The notes: a model not told the origin generated them from the letters alone. A DNA stretch of 63,442 bases, filler included, from Octopus bimaculoides (GCF_001194135.2; 4 parts of 4 records of this genome joined end to end with filler, not necessarily neighbours in it); one strand, 5' to 3'; positions 39,790 through 54,231 are shown, numbered from the whole stretch's first letter. Numbers and translations are program-made.

Positions 39790-41009
39790 TAAATATAAAT
39801 ATATAGCACTCCTTCTTCGAACCCACAATAGTTAACAAGTGAAACAGAGGCAGGCAGAAACAAGAAAAATGCCCCTGTTACTTGAATACTATACAAATAT
39901 GTCTTTAAAAAGACTTTTCTTTTAAATTTACCAAAATTTAATTTTTCAATAATTTTTCAAAAATTTATTATTGATATTTGCTGTTGAAAAGATCTCAAGG
40001 ATCTGTAATATTATTCATAAAAGTATTTTAGCATTTTCTACTGTCTTTTTCCATATATATCTACTCGTGTGTTNNNNNNNNNNNNNNNNNNNNNNNNNNN
40101 NNNNNNNNNNNNNNNNNNNNNNNNNNNNNNNNNNNNNNNNNNNNNNNNNNNNNNNNNNNNNNNNNNNNNNNNNNNNNNNNNNNNNNNNNNNNNNNNNNNN
40201 NNNNNNNNNNNNNNNNNNNNNNNNNNNNNNNNNNNNNNNNNNNNNNNNNNNNNNNNNNNNNNNNNNNNNNNNNNNNNNNNNNNNNNNNNNNNNNNNNNNN
40301 NNNNNNNNNNNNNNNNNNNNNNNNNNNNNNNNNNNNNNNNNNNNNNNNNNNNNNNNNNNNNNNNNNNNNNNNNNNNNNNNNNNNNNNNNNNNNNNNNNNN
40401 NNNNNNNNNNNNNNNNNNNNNNNNNNNNNNNNNNNNNNNNNNNNNNNNNNNNNNNNNNNNNNNNNNNNNNNNNNNNNNNNNNNNNNNNNNNNNNNNNNNN
40501 NNNNNNNNNNNNNNNNNNNNNNNNNNNNNNNNNNNNNNNNNNNNNNNNNNNNNNNNNNNNNNNNNNNNNNNNNNNNNNNNNNNNNNNNNNNNNNNNNNNN
40601 NNNNNNNNNNNNNNNNNNNNNNNNNNNNNNNNNNNNNNNNNNNNNNNNNNNNNNNNNNNNNNNNNNNNNNNNNNNNNNNNNNNNNNNNNNNNNNNNNNNN
40701 NNNNNNNNNNNNNNNNNNNNNNNNNNNNNNNNNNNNNNNNNNNNNNNNNNNNNNNNNNNNNNNNNNNNNNNNNNNNNNNNNNNNNNNNNNNNNNNNNNNN
40801 NNNNNNNNNNNNNNNNNNNNNNNNNNNNNNNNNNNNNNNNNNNNNNNNNNNNNNNNNNNNNNNNNNNNNNNNNNNNNNNNNNNNNNNNNNNNNNNNNNNN
40901 NNNNNNNNNNCAAAATATATAAATCTTTCAAAATGATCAAGATCCAAATATTCAATGACGTCAATGATGCCTACTCCCATGAGCTTGTGTACGTTCATAT
41001 GTATATGCA

Positions 41010-41053
<44 letters not shown>

Positions 41054-41103
41054 GATCTATACATACATACATACATACATACATACATACATACACACAC
41101 ACA

Positions 41104-41997
41104 CACGTGGTCTGATCAATAAGTATCCGGACTGTTGCTATAGTAACAAAGCTAAAGCACAAAGAGTGAAGCTGCTTGGCACAGATTGAGCTTGAACTCT
41201 GTTGAGCATGGAAGCGTATTATGTTTCAACGTTCTAGCACACTTCCGCTGTTTACAGCGGTGCTTGGAAGAAAGGTGTGTAGCGTGTGGTTGTCGTATTG
41301 ACCATGACAGAGAAAGCTGAGCAGAGTATCTGCATCAAATTTTGCCAAAATCTTGGTGATACCCGCTCAGAGGCCTACGCAAAGTTTTCAAAACGTTTTA
41401 CTCGTTCTCGACTCAATCAAGATCTTGTACAACTGAAGAAACCTGAGTGTCTTTTTGGTCAGCAGAAAGCAGTTTTGGCACAAGCATGGCAGACATGCGT
41501 CTCATACCAAAATCTCCAGTGATAATGGATTGAACTGAATTGTAACTAATCTGCGCATCCTCTGATAACTCATGGATGGTGGTTCGACGATTTCTCCCTC
41601 ACAGCATCACGCACATCTGCGATGTTTTTCTGAATTCTGCCGGTTGCGGGTCTCCCAGAACGTTCATTACTATCGACATTTGTTCGGCCATCTTCGAAAC
41701 ATCTGAACCACTCGTACACTTGTGTGCGGCTCATACACTCCTCTCCATACACTTTCTGCAACTTTGCGTTGGCCTGTGAGCAGGTATCGCCACGACAACT
41801 TTCTCTGTCATGGTCAATGCGACGATCACACACTACACACGTTCCTTCGAAAGTAAACAGCGAAAGTGAGCTAGAACGGTAAAACTTAGTACGTATGCAC
41901 AGCAGAGTCCAAGATGAATTTGTACCAAGAGGCTTTATACTGAGGGTTTTAGATTCGTTACTATGGCAACAGTCTAGATACTTATTGATCTGACCTC

Positions 41998-42000
<3 letters not shown>
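41104..42000. mobile_element. Non-autonomous mariner built from two inward-facing 5' ends
   Basis: 44-bp terminal repeats (41104-41147 and 41957-42000, 39/44 match). Plus arm encodes MTEKAEQSICIKFCQNLGDTRSEAYAK. Minus arm encodes GDTCSQANAKLQKVYGEECMSRTQVYEWF...RSGRP...LVPKLLSADQK and stops before the first catalytic Asp. Confidence 0.9.
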
Positions 42001-42043
<43 letters not shown>

Positions 42044-43087
42044 GCATAATGTAACATATGTACATGCATGTATATGTGTATATATATGTATTCATATATG
42101 TATAAATATACATGCATAATACACACATAGATACACACATGCATGCATGCACATATATATATATATATATATATACATATAGATATTTTTTTTATGTGTG
42201 TATACATACATGTGTACATACACACGCATATATACATACACTCATATACACATATATACATACATANNNNNNNNNNNNNNNNNNNNNNNNNNNNNNNNNN
42301 NNNNNNNNNNNNNNNNNNNNNNNNNNNNNNNNNNNNNNNNNNNNNNNNNNNNNNNNNNNNNNNNNNNNNNNNNNNNNNNNNNNNNNNNNNNNNNNNNNNN
42401 NNNNNNNNNNNNNNNNNNNNNNNNNNNNNNNNNNNNNNNNNNNNNNNNNNNNNNNNNNNNNNNNNNNNNNNNNNNNNNNNNNNNNNNNNNNNNNNNNNNN
42501 NNNNNNNNNNNNNNNNNNNNNNNNNNNNNNNNNNNNNNNNNNNNNNNNNNNNNNNNNNNNNNNNNNNNNNNNNNNNNNNNNNNNNNNNNNNNNNNNNNNN
42601 NNNNNNNNNNNNNNNNNNNNNNNNNNNNNNNNNNNNNNNNNNNNNNNNNNNNNNNNNNNNNNNNNNNNNNNNNNNNNNNNNNNNNNNNNNNNNNNNNNNN
42701 NNNNNNNNNNNNNNNNNNNNNNNNNNNNNNNNNNNNNNNNNNNNNNNNNNNNNNNNNNNNNNNNNNNNNNNNNNNNNNNNNNNNNNNNGTCCATCCATCC
42801 GTCCATCCCTCCGTCCATCCATCCGTCCATCCCTCCGTCCATCCATCCGTCCATCCATCCGTCCATCCATCCGTCCATCCATCCGTCCATCCATCCGTCC
42901 ATCCATCCGTCCATCCATCCGTCCATCTATCCGTATATCCATGCATGCATGCATACATACATACATACATACTATTAAGGTTTCCCAGTCAATGTCTAAA
43001 TATTTCTTCTGTGTTTGAAACCGTCTTTTTCTCCATTATGAGAAATTTCTAGAAAAATGAAGGCAGGAAACCTACAACACGTATACC

Positions 43088-43129
<42 letters not shown>

Positions 43130-43769
43130 CACACACGCACACACACACATTAGGAACACCTACAAACGCAACAACACGGACACAGTGTCACGAATGTATT
43201 TAGAGAGGTGTCTACTTCTGGTTGCGCACATACATTTCCCCCCCTCATCACATGCCGACCAAAATACACACATGTGCACATTCATGCACAGTTAAACTCA
43301 TTAGCAACGAAGGAATCTCTATGTGGGCGATCTATTTGCTAGAAATAGCGCACGTACTTCAGATAAATCATTCCGTGGTTTTTTAAAAAAACAGAACTTC
43401 ATAACATATTCGTTGATCATAGGATTTCACAAACAAGGTTGACCAAAGACGAAGCACTAAACAACAACAACAACAACATTTATTAGGCGGTGTAGAACTG
43501 AATATAGTGTAATTTATAAAGGGTAATATATAGCACATTTCAAATGCTGGATGCAGAACAGTGTAAACAAGTGGCTTTCGCGATAGATCTCTGCCAATCC
43601 CAGCAGGGACAAAAAAATATTCCTATCCATACCCCTTTCATTCTCTCTTAATCGGCGTCATCTCTCTGTCTCTGTCTCTCAGTCTCCTATACATACATAC
43701 ACACATACATACATACATACATACATACATACATACATACAAATATACATACATATACATGTATGACTA

Positions 43770-43783
43770 AGATCGGAAGAGCG
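43770..43783 (+). other. Illumina adapter read-through at a contig end
   Basis: AGATCGGAAGAGCG immediately before an N-run. Confidence 0.9.
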
Positions 43784-44130
43784 NNNNNNNNNNNNNNNNN
43801 NNNNNNNNNNNNNNNNNNNNNNNNNNNNNNNNNNNNNNNNNNNNNNNNNNNNNNNNNNNNNNNNNNNNNNNNNNNNNNNNNNNNNNNNNNNNNNNNNNNN
43901 NNNNNNNNNNNNNNNNNNNNNNNNNNNNNNNNNNNNNNNNNNNNNNNNNNNNNNNNNNNNNNNNNNNNNNNNNNNNNNNNNNNNNNNNNNNNNNNNNNNN
44001 NNNNNNNNNNNNNNNNNNNNNNNNNNNNNNNNNNNNNNNNNNNNNNNNNNNNNNNNNNNNNNNNNNNNNNNNNNNNNNNNNNNNNNNNNNNNNNNNNNNN
44101 NNNNNNNNNNNNNNNNNNNNNNNNTCATAC

Positions 44131-44183
<53 letters not shown>

Positions 44184-44210
44184 CACACACACACGTATAT
44201 GTATGTATTC

Positions 44211-44242
<32 letters not shown>

Positions 44243-44839
44243 ATTACATCCACACCTGTCTATCTGTCTTTCTATGTACATGTAATTAATTATAATAATA
44301 CATATGTGTGCGTGTGCATATTGGTGTATGAATATGTTCGTGAAAGTACATACATACAAATTCTATACATCCACATATACACACACACGCATACACGAGC
44401 GCAGTCGCGGGCACACACACACATAAACACACATATAACCATATGTATGTATACAAACACATCTGAGAATTGAACACGCATACACACACATGCACACAGT
44501 CATCAATATATTTTTAGAGCAAGCGAAAGCCAGAGAGGTGATGGATATGGAGGCAGAAAGAAAAAAATATTATCCATAGAATGTCTATATTTATGACTAC
44601 TCATTTCAACATATTAATTATCTTCGAGCTTCTAAGAAGTTAATCCTTCAGAGTGTATATGCATGCATACATGTATGTATGTATGTATGTATGTATGTAT
44701 GTATGTATGTATGTATGTATGTATGTATGTATGGATGGATGGATGGATGCGTGTATGTATGTATGAATGTATGAATTGATGGATTGATGACTGTATGTCT
44801 GTGTGTACGCATGTATGAATAGATGGATGGATACACAGA

Positions 44840-44883
<44 letters not shown>

Positions 44884-44885
44884 TA

Positions 44886-44930
<45 letters not shown>

Positions 44931-44960
44931 TTTATATATATGTATGTATGTAAATATACA

Positions 44961-45003
<43 letters not shown>

Positions 45004-45097
45004 AATTATATATGTGTGTGTATGTGTGTACGGAAACGCATGTGCATACTCATATCAATGAAATACATATATAGGCAAGCCTATACAAGCACACACG

Positions 45098-45226
<129 letters not shown>

Positions 45227-46394
45227 CAAATATATACATGTATTCATATGTATTCATATGTATTCATATATGTATAAATATACATGCATAATACACACAT
45301 AGATACACACATGCATGCATGCACATATATATATATATATATATATACATATAGATATTTTTTTTATGTGTGTATACATACATGTGTACATACACACGCA
45401 TATATACATACACTCATATACACATATATACATACATATATACATACATACAAACGTACATGCACACACGCATATATACATACACTTATATACACATATA
45501 TACATACACACATACATATATACATACATNNNNNNNNNNTCCATCCCTCCGTCCATCCATCCGTCCATCCATCCGTCCATCCATCCGTCCATCCCTCCGT
45601 CCATCCCTCCGTCCATCCCTCCGTCCATCCATCCGTCCATCCATCCGTCCATCCCTCCGTCCATCCATATATCCGTATATGAACGCGTATATATTCGCCT
45701 CAGAAGACAGAAATCACAACCATTAACACATTTTTAATACGCAACTAATTAACATGACCACAACGGTTTATCAATATTCAACTACATTAAAGAACTGCCT
45801 ACTGCTTGTAAGGTGACGAACACATCTATCAAGATACGTTGGTTAATTTGTTTCTTGAACTTTTTGTTCGAATTAAACGAACGTTATATATATATATTTT
45901 TTTTAATGTATAATGTGTGATTTATTTCATAAAGCACGATATCGTTGTTTTTGCATTCTCGTCTGCTTCTTTTCGTCTACTTTCTCTCACATTCTCTCTC
46001 GCTCTTCCTCTTCAGTACACAATCTCTCGGTTTTATCTCTTTGTCGCTATTACACACCTCCTCTCTCTCCATCTTGTGTTTTTGTTCTTGTTATGTGTGT
46101 AAAGGAATGATGAATCGTACCTTCTTACGCAGGGATGTGTTTGATTCACACACGCGCGCCCACACACACACATATTTATGTACACATTTATATATGTGTG
46201 TATGTATGATGATATATGTGTATACACGTACATGTGGGGGAGAAGAGCCATGCAAAGAACGTGAAGAGAGCACAGCATAAAGACGGAAAATCACGGTGGT
46301 GCTCCAGCATGACCGCAGCCACTTGGCTGAAACCCATAAATAAATAAAAAAATATATATATATATAGACATTCGTATATACACATATGTGTGTG

Positions 46395-46740
46395 TGGAGG
46401 CGCAATGGCCCAGTGGTTAGGGTAGCGGACTCGCGGTCGTAAGGTCGCGGTTTCGATTCCCAGACCGGGCGTTGTGAGTGTTTATTGAGCGAAACCATCT
46501 AAAGTTCCACGAGGCCCCGGAGGAGGCGGTGGCGAACCCTGCTGTAATATTTCATCACAACTTTCTCCTACTCTTTCTTCTTGTTTCTGTTGTACCTGTA
46601 TTTCAAAGGGCCAGCCTTGTCACGCTGAACCTCGCCGTGAACTACGTTAAGGGTATACATGTCTGTGGAGTGTTCAGCCACTTGCACGTTGATTTCACGA
46701 GCAAGCTTTTCCTCGTCGTCATAACCGACGGAAGGCCACG
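46395..46740 (+). mobile_element. tRNA-derived SINE family C, full length
   Basis: Head ggcgcaatggcccagtggttagggtagcggactcgcggtcgtaaggtcgcggtttcgattcccagaccggg with A/B-box-like motifs, followed by the family body. Confidence 0.9.
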
Positions 46741-46784
<44 letters not shown>

Positions 46785-47243
46785 GCATAAACACACATGT
46801 AAACATGCATTTATACAGAAATGCATAATACAAACATACATACACGACACGCACACATATACACACGCACACACACGTATATATATTTATATACATATAC
46901 GACGAGCTTCGTTCAGTTTGCCCTGGGTCCCACACGAATGGACTTGACTTAGAACTCTGGAGATGGGCTGTAAACGTCTTGTCTCACAGTCACGCATGCG
47001 CCTATATCTATGAAAGTATCAAACATGTTCATATATATACCTGTATATAAAGGTATGTTCTTGATAAGCCCCAAATATGTGTGTGTATATATATGTATAT
47101 ATTATATACATACATACATTTTTGTATATAATGTGTATTCTGGAATATATGTGTTATATGTGAACTGTTATATATCTAAGCACACGCACAAAAAATCACA
47201 CACACGTACATATATACACATACACTTACACACACACAAACAC

Positions 47244-47330
<87 letters not shown>

Positions 47331-48290
47331 TACACGCACATGCAAATTTTCTAAAATACATTACTTTACTTCATGCCGTCAATTTAATATCACACCTGTC
47401 CACTCACTTAACTGTTGAAAATCCGATATTTGACTTAATAGAAATTGCAATTTATATATACCTTAATAGCTATATGAGCTGAACTGGTAAAACATTTATA
47501 ATTTCAACGAATATAAATTTTAAATTAAACTAAATTTGTGTAGAGAGATTGAGTTTTGGTTCGTGTTTTACTTTACATATTTGGCGAGGCAATTGTGAAT
47601 TTGTTTATTGAGTTGGGAAAATGATATACTTACAAATTTTAATCTACTTAGGAGCATGACTACATGTTTATTCTACATACAAGGCAATGCAATTATGTGA
47701 AGTTCATGCATTTCTTATCAGCCTCCGACTTCGTAAATCATTTCCAAGAATGCGAAGATAACTATTTAAATTTAAAGGAATAAAACAAATGGAAAAATAA
47801 ATTTAAATATATGAATTTATTTAAATAAATTTAGCCATTTATATAAATTATCTATTTAAATATATTTATCAGTTCAGAGACAATGAAAGACACGTAGAAC
47901 TTTTCAGTTAAATTTGAAATGTAAAATTTGAAATTAACCTCTCTAAAGTCGAGAATTAGTTCATTATATTCATTATAAATATTCATAGAATCATTTGTAA
48001 TACAAATTGAGAGGATAAAAAGAGGAAAAGGAATTTTTACTGTGTGATTTCCACTCCAAGATGTAATATAATTGTGTGTATATTCAATTTAAATTATATA
48101 ATTTACTAACAAGAAATGTCACAAACTTTCTGGTTTGTCCTCCACCCACATTTTTGTTTCAATTCTCCCTTCTTTCGCTTCTCTCTCTCTCTATTTGTCT
48201 GCCTGTCTGTCTGTCTGTCTCTCTCTCTCTCGCACACACACGCAGCTACTGGATTGCTTATCTTTTAAAATAATATACGTACATATATAT

Positions 48291-48378
<88 letters not shown>

Positions 48379-49889
48379 CTAAGTCCGGAAGGACCACCAT
48401 CTTCTCTATTAGCGTTACGTCACATAGCAAGTCTTATTGCTGTCGCACAGTCGAAAAACATTCCATGTATACGAATATCTTTGTTATTATTCTTTGTTAC
48501 TTTTTTGTTGCTTATTTGTTTCTTTCTTTTTATATATTTCCTCGTTTTCCATATAACTTGTAGTATTTAAAGTTCAGTGTAGAGACCTCGTCTTTCCTTG
48601 TTATTTTACTTGGTTTATTTTTCTGTGTTCGTGTTTGTATGTTATGTTCATTTATATCCGAGTAGCTTACGCTACTAATATCGTCAGATTGAACAATATC
48701 ATCGGAATGTGTCGAAATTGTGATGATATTTGGTCGATAACTGATGAGGGATTGAGTATGTTCACATCCGTTGTATGTGTTTTCTCATGTTTTTCAGTAT
48801 GTTCCTTTGTCGTCCCATTGTGCCACAAATATCCACTGGGAGGCAGTACCATAGCGTCACTACAGTCCAAATGACTGAAGAAACCATAAATGATGCGTTA
48901 ACGGGATCGATCTCGCTGACTGACAACTTGCGTAAGTGCCTTCTGTAGTAAGCCTAAGGCCGATCCAGATCTTGTGGAAGAAACCCGTTAGACTATAATG
49001 TGTTGGTTCTCTTAACTTCCCTTAGTTTAGCGTCCCTTGTTTCTTTCCTAGACTACACTTTACTCCCCCTTTCACCTTCCCAACCTCTCCTACTAACAGC
49101 GTTACCTTGTCTCCTTGTACTAATAGACTGAATCTGGGTGGAAAGTCTGTCGTATAGATTGTATTTGTTATTCGAAGGGCGAACTTCGTCTGTCACTTAT
49201 CATTTCCCGCCATCTCCGCCTGCAGCAGAATGCGCACTCACATGAGATATTTACCTTCACAGAATAAATCTATCTTACTGGACACACTTCATGTTAGTTT
49301 CATCAGTCATACTCTTCTGTTCTGGCTTAGGAAATGCTGGAAGAAAGTTTGAATTCTGGAGTTTTCCCTCTATATTGATTGCTTTCACCTCAGCTAAGGA
49401 GCGCAATCTACTCTTAAAAGAGTCTATTTTAAGCAATAGATGGGATCCTGATAGGACCCGGATCAAAGCAGACCTCTAGGAGTAAGCAATTAAAGGGTGA
49501 CTCCACATTCCCTAAAACTTCCGAACTGGAGCCCCACGACTGGATGCAGTTTACTGTTGTACCCAGATCGTTTAAAGGTTACATTAAGGGTCCACGTGAG
49601 TAGGTATATGAGGTGTTATGCTATAACATTGCAAATAGCAATTGATTCGGCTGTTTTTAATATTCAGAGTGTAACTAGACTTACATTATCCAGTGTTTCC
49701 TTACTCTTGAGAAAGACTTGGCTGTTATGTCTAGCATAGGGAGTAGCTACATAGATACTCTCTCTTTGATTTATTGTTGTGTAATGTACTGAAATGCTGT
49801 TTTTGTTGTTTATTCCCATATAAATCAAATTGAACAAAAATATTATCAAAAACATTCCACTTGGACTCTCATGTTTTTTTTTTCAGCAA

Positions 49890-50300
49890 GACGCAGGTGT
49901 GGCTGTGTGGTAAGTAGCTTGCTTACCAACCACATGGTTCCGGGTTCAGTCCCACTGCGTGGCAACTTGGGCAAGTATCTTTTACTATAGCCTCGGGTCG
50001 ACCAAAGCCTTGTGAGTGGATTTGGTAGACGGAAACTGAAAGAAGCCCGTCGTATATATGTATATGTATATATGTGTGTGTGTTTGTGTGTCTGTGTTTG
50101 TCCCCCAACGTCGTTTGACAACCGATACTGGTGTGTTTACGTCCCCGTAACTTAGCGGTTAGGCAAAAAGACACCGATAGAATAAGAACCAGGCTTACAA
50201 AGAATAAGTCCTGGGGTCGATTTGCTCGACTAAAGGCAGTTCTCCAGCATGGCCGCAGTCAAATGACTGAAACAAGTAAAAGAGTAAAAGAGTAAAAGAG
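49890..50300 (+). mobile_element. SINE family A, full-length reference copy
   Basis: tRNA-like head (gtggctgtgtggtaag...ggttcagtccc), conserved body, internal (TA/TG)n, tail (aaagagt)x3. Confidence 0.9.
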
Positions 50301-50532
50301 TTGATCTAAGTTTCGAAGCGAACCACTCGCTGCCCAAAGTATTGAAACAGCTTTTGGTGTAAGAAGGAGCATATATAGAACATTAGATGTGAATATAGCA
50401 GACTTTGATATTTCTCTTTTACAGATCTTGATAAGTCAGCAAAGAATTAATACATCTAGAGTGGGTTTTGAGAAATGTATCTTGATTAAGATCATTTCCC
50501 TCCAATATCGAACCAACATAGAATCTGAATAT

Positions 50533-50825
50533 GAAGGCGTGTAGATCAGTGGTTAGAGCGTCAGGCTCACAATCATGCGGTAGTGAGTTCGATTTCCGCA
50601 CCGGGCTGTGTTGTGTTCTTGAACAAGACACTTTATTTCACGTTGCTCCAGTTCACTAATCTGTAGAAATGATTTGCAACGTCACTGGTGCCAAGCAATA
50701 TCGGCCTTTCAATTGGGTGGTGTAGAGAGGGGAGGCTGAACTTCCATAAACAACCATGCCCAGACCTGTGCCTCGGAGGAAAACCTCTTAGGTTTAATCC
50801 CATGTCATTCATGACCGAAAGGAGT
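50533..50825 (+). mobile_element. tRNA-derived SINE family D
   Basis: gaaggcgtgtagatcagtggttagagcgtcaggctcac...gagttcgatttcc head followed by cttgaacaagacactttatttcacgttgctccag. Confidence 0.7.
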
Positions 50826-50961
50826 CATACACTCATATGTAGGATCTGAATACAACAGAAATGCAAGTAATGTTAATTAGTTTAAAATATATAACATGGT
50901 ATAATTATAAACAGAGCAAATTCTCTCTAGCCATTTCTCTGCAGACTGAAAAAAAAACGTC

Positions 50962-51013
50962 GAATAACCTTAATCGACTTTTGAACCATATTGGGTTCTC
51001 ATCAGAGGCGTTC
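50962..51013 (-). ncRNA. Type I hammerhead motif with G12A core substitution
   Basis: Minus strand: gaacgcct-CTGATGA-gaacc-caatat-ggttc-aAAA-gtcgat-TA-aggttattc. Perfect 5-bp stem II, self-complementary AGTCGATT stem III, stem I cct/agg. Confidence 0.65.
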
Positions 51014-51374
51014 ACATAATTCTGAAACAGGCAGTCAAACTGTTTATATGCTCAACAAATGCAGCAGTTACTCTATGAAGGAATTCCTAATTTGCATATC
51101 GAAATTGTTTAATATTCTATAAATATCAGCGGCCTGTCAACGGGGATCTTATTCCACACAGTATCACGGTATGATAAAATATATATGTAACATATGGTAT
51201 AATTATAAACAGGGCAAATTTATTGTTAATTTCTACTCCATAAGGCGGTCAATAAATGCATCAGAAAGAGCAGTAAGACCTTGGTCAACAAACGCATCAG
51301 AAAGAGCAATACTGGTTGAAAATGCATGTCAAACTCTCGCAAATATAAGTAAACAAGAAATATGTCAAGGCCGA

Positions 51375-51720
51375 CAGTTGATCCGATCAACAGAACAGCC
51401 TGCTCGTGAAAGTAACGTGCAAATGGTTGAGCGCTCCACAGACACGTGTACCCTTAACGTAGTTCTCGGTGAGATTTAGCGTGACACAGAGTGTGACATG
51501 GCTGGTCCTTTGAAATACAGGTACAACAGAAACAGGAGGAAAGAGTGAGAGAAAGTTGTGGTGAAAGATTACAGCAGGGTTCGCCACCAATCCCTGCCGG
51601 AGCCTCGTGGAACTTTAGATCTTTTCGCTCAATAATCACTCACAACACCTGGTCTGAGAATCGAAACCGTGATCCTACGACCGCAGTCCCTGCCCTAACC
51701 AGTGGGCCATTGCACCTCCA
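51375..51720 (-). mobile_element. tRNA-derived SINE family C
   Basis: Reverse match to 46395-46740. Confidence 0.9.
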
Positions 51721-51740
51721 CATACATACATACATACATG

Positions 51741-51777
<37 letters not shown>

Positions 51778-52411
51778 TGTAAGCAAACTTAGAAGTGGCG
51801 TGTGAGTTAGTATTTTACAGGAAATAGGGAATTCTCGAACGCAAGATGGGTGTGAGGACAGCTTAGAAAATCGGACAGATATCCTTTGGAAAATGGAGAA
51901 AATAGTGGCTAGCAAACCTCACAGCGAGTTTTTGCGAGGTACAGGGTTCGTTTCTTTATAGAGGCTTGCTGGCAACTTATTTTTTTTTCGGTTTTCTAAA
52001 AGGCATTTACCTGAGTTTCTAAAATATTTTCACACCCATTNNNNNNNNNNNNNNNNNNNNNNNNNNNNNNNNNNNNNNNNNNNNNNNNNNNNNNNNNNNN
52101 NNNNNNNNNNNNNNNNNNNNNNNNNNNNNNNNNNNNNNNNNNNNNNNNNNNNNNNNNNNNNNNNNNNNNNNNNNNNNNNNNNNNNNNNNNNNNNNNNNNN
52201 NNNNNNNNNNNNNNNNNNNNNNNNNNNNNNNNNNNNNNNNNNNNNNNNNNNNNNNNNNNNNNNNNNNNNNNNNNNNNNNNNNNNNNNNNNNNNNNNNNNN
52301 NNNNNNNNNNNNNNNNNNNNNNNNNNNNNNNNNNNNNNNNNNNNNNNNNNNNNNNNNNNNNNNNNNNNNNNNNNNNNNNNNNNNNNNNNNNNNNNNNNNN
52401 NNNNNNNNNNN

Positions 52412-52451
<40 letters not shown>

Positions 52452-52622
52452 TGTGTGTGTGTGAGTGTGTGTGTGTGTGTGTGTATTTATATTATACGAA
52501 TATTTATATATGCATACAGACAAAAAATATTTTTACGGGGATTATGTATGTATGTATGTATGTATGTACGAATGTATGTATATATGTATGTATGTAAATA
52601 TGTATGCATGTATCTATCCATC

Positions 52623-52669
<47 letters not shown>

Positions 52670-52877
52670 GTATAATTTCTCTTCATAAGCTTCAAATTTT
52701 GGAGTTCATACGTTAAGCGATTTGCACGAAAGAAATATTTTTTATGAAATGCAGAATATGTAAGAGTATATCCATAATTATACAAAAATAAATAAATAAA
52801 TACATACATGCTTATGTATATGTATATATATATATATTACTCATACTGTAAATGCATATATGAGCATATATAGTTTA

Positions 52878-52929
<52 letters not shown>

Positions 52930-53045
52930 ATAAGAATATATGCATATATGTTTATAAGGCTAGTATATATATGTATATAAGAATATGCGTATAATTATAA
53001 GCATATAATTACATATTTAAATAGATGAATATATATGTATGCATG

Positions 53046-53076
<31 letters not shown>

Positions 53077-53501
53077 ATGCGTATATATTCATAAATACAT
53101 ACGTGCATGCATACAAATATACAAGCGGACGTACAAACATAGATACATTCGCTGTGAATCAATGTATATACATATATATTGATTCACAGATAGATATATA
53201 CATATATATGTATACATTTATGTGTTTGTATGTATGCATGTATGTATGTACGTACGTTTGTATGGATGCGTGTATGTTTCTATGTATGCATGTTTATATA
53301 CATATATATATATATATATAAGTATACATGCATGAAAATATATACACATATGTATGCACATGTCCATACATAGACACACGCATACATGTATAAACGTCTT
53401 CAAACACACGAACATAGAACCACGCGCAAAAGTATATACGCAAGAGTCATATATGTGTCGATATATATGGTAACTGCACGTTAAATTCAGCAGCATATAC
53501 A

Positions 53502-53535
<34 letters not shown>

Positions 53536-53637
53536 TANNNNNNNNNNNNNNNNNNNNNNNNNNNNNNNNNNNNNNNNNNNNTTAATTAATTAANNNNNNN
53601 NNNNNNNNNNNNNNNNNNNNNNNNNNNNNNNNNNNNN

Positions 53638-53683
<46 letters not shown>

Positions 53684-53684
53684 T

Positions 53685-53743
<59 letters not shown>

Positions 53744-53823
53744 TAATAATAATAAATGGATAAAAAGACAAGTAAAAACAACGGGAGGACGTGGTACATG
53801 CACAGTATTAATAAGACGCTCAG

Positions 53824-53877
<54 letters not shown>

Positions 53878-54120
53878 GAAGTGATTGTTTTACGTTTCGA
53901 GCAAAGCTCTTCTTCGGAAACAGGAGACACAGGAAAGTCCAAAAGAAAAAGAAGGAGGGGCAAAAATCGCCAACAGTCCACATGCGTTTCATATATATAG
54001 TGTGCAGTGAATAAACTATCGTCTAAATTACGCAAAAATGAAAATAAGACTGACATTTCATTTTAACAGATATATTTACGAACATTATATAAAAATACCT
54101 TGAAATACTAAAATGTAAAT

Positions 54121-54231
54121 TTATTCAAAAAAATCGCCATTGGCTTCTCCTGCAACTATCTGGACGGTCTCTTTGTTTAAGTTGGTGAATGCAACCATAA
54201 TCCTTGCCTTCAGTTCATCTTTGGTGCTACA
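54121..54231 (-). mobile_element. Tc1/mariner-superfamily transposase C-terminal remnant
   Basis: CSTKDELKARIMVAFTNLNKETVQIVAGEANGDFFE* matches the T.DELK..I..AW..L....V...C......V.ANG..FE terminus, with an internal deletion. Confidence 0.7.

Noticed and set aside
46399-46470. tRNA-Arg-like cloverleaf (also heads at 33410-33482, 50533-50605, 51650-51720)
   Set aside because: Each continues directly into a multi-copy SINE body and has broken stems; these are SINE heads, not tRNA genes.
48650-48695. Minus-strand CTGACGA followed by an agtagc-gtaa-gctact hairpin
   Set aside because: No GAAA or stem III/cleavage triplet in register and no stem I; not a credible hammerhead.
49270-49310. Minus-strand CTGATGA...GAAG-tgtg-TC
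   Set aside because: Stems I and II do not form, and GAAA is altered.
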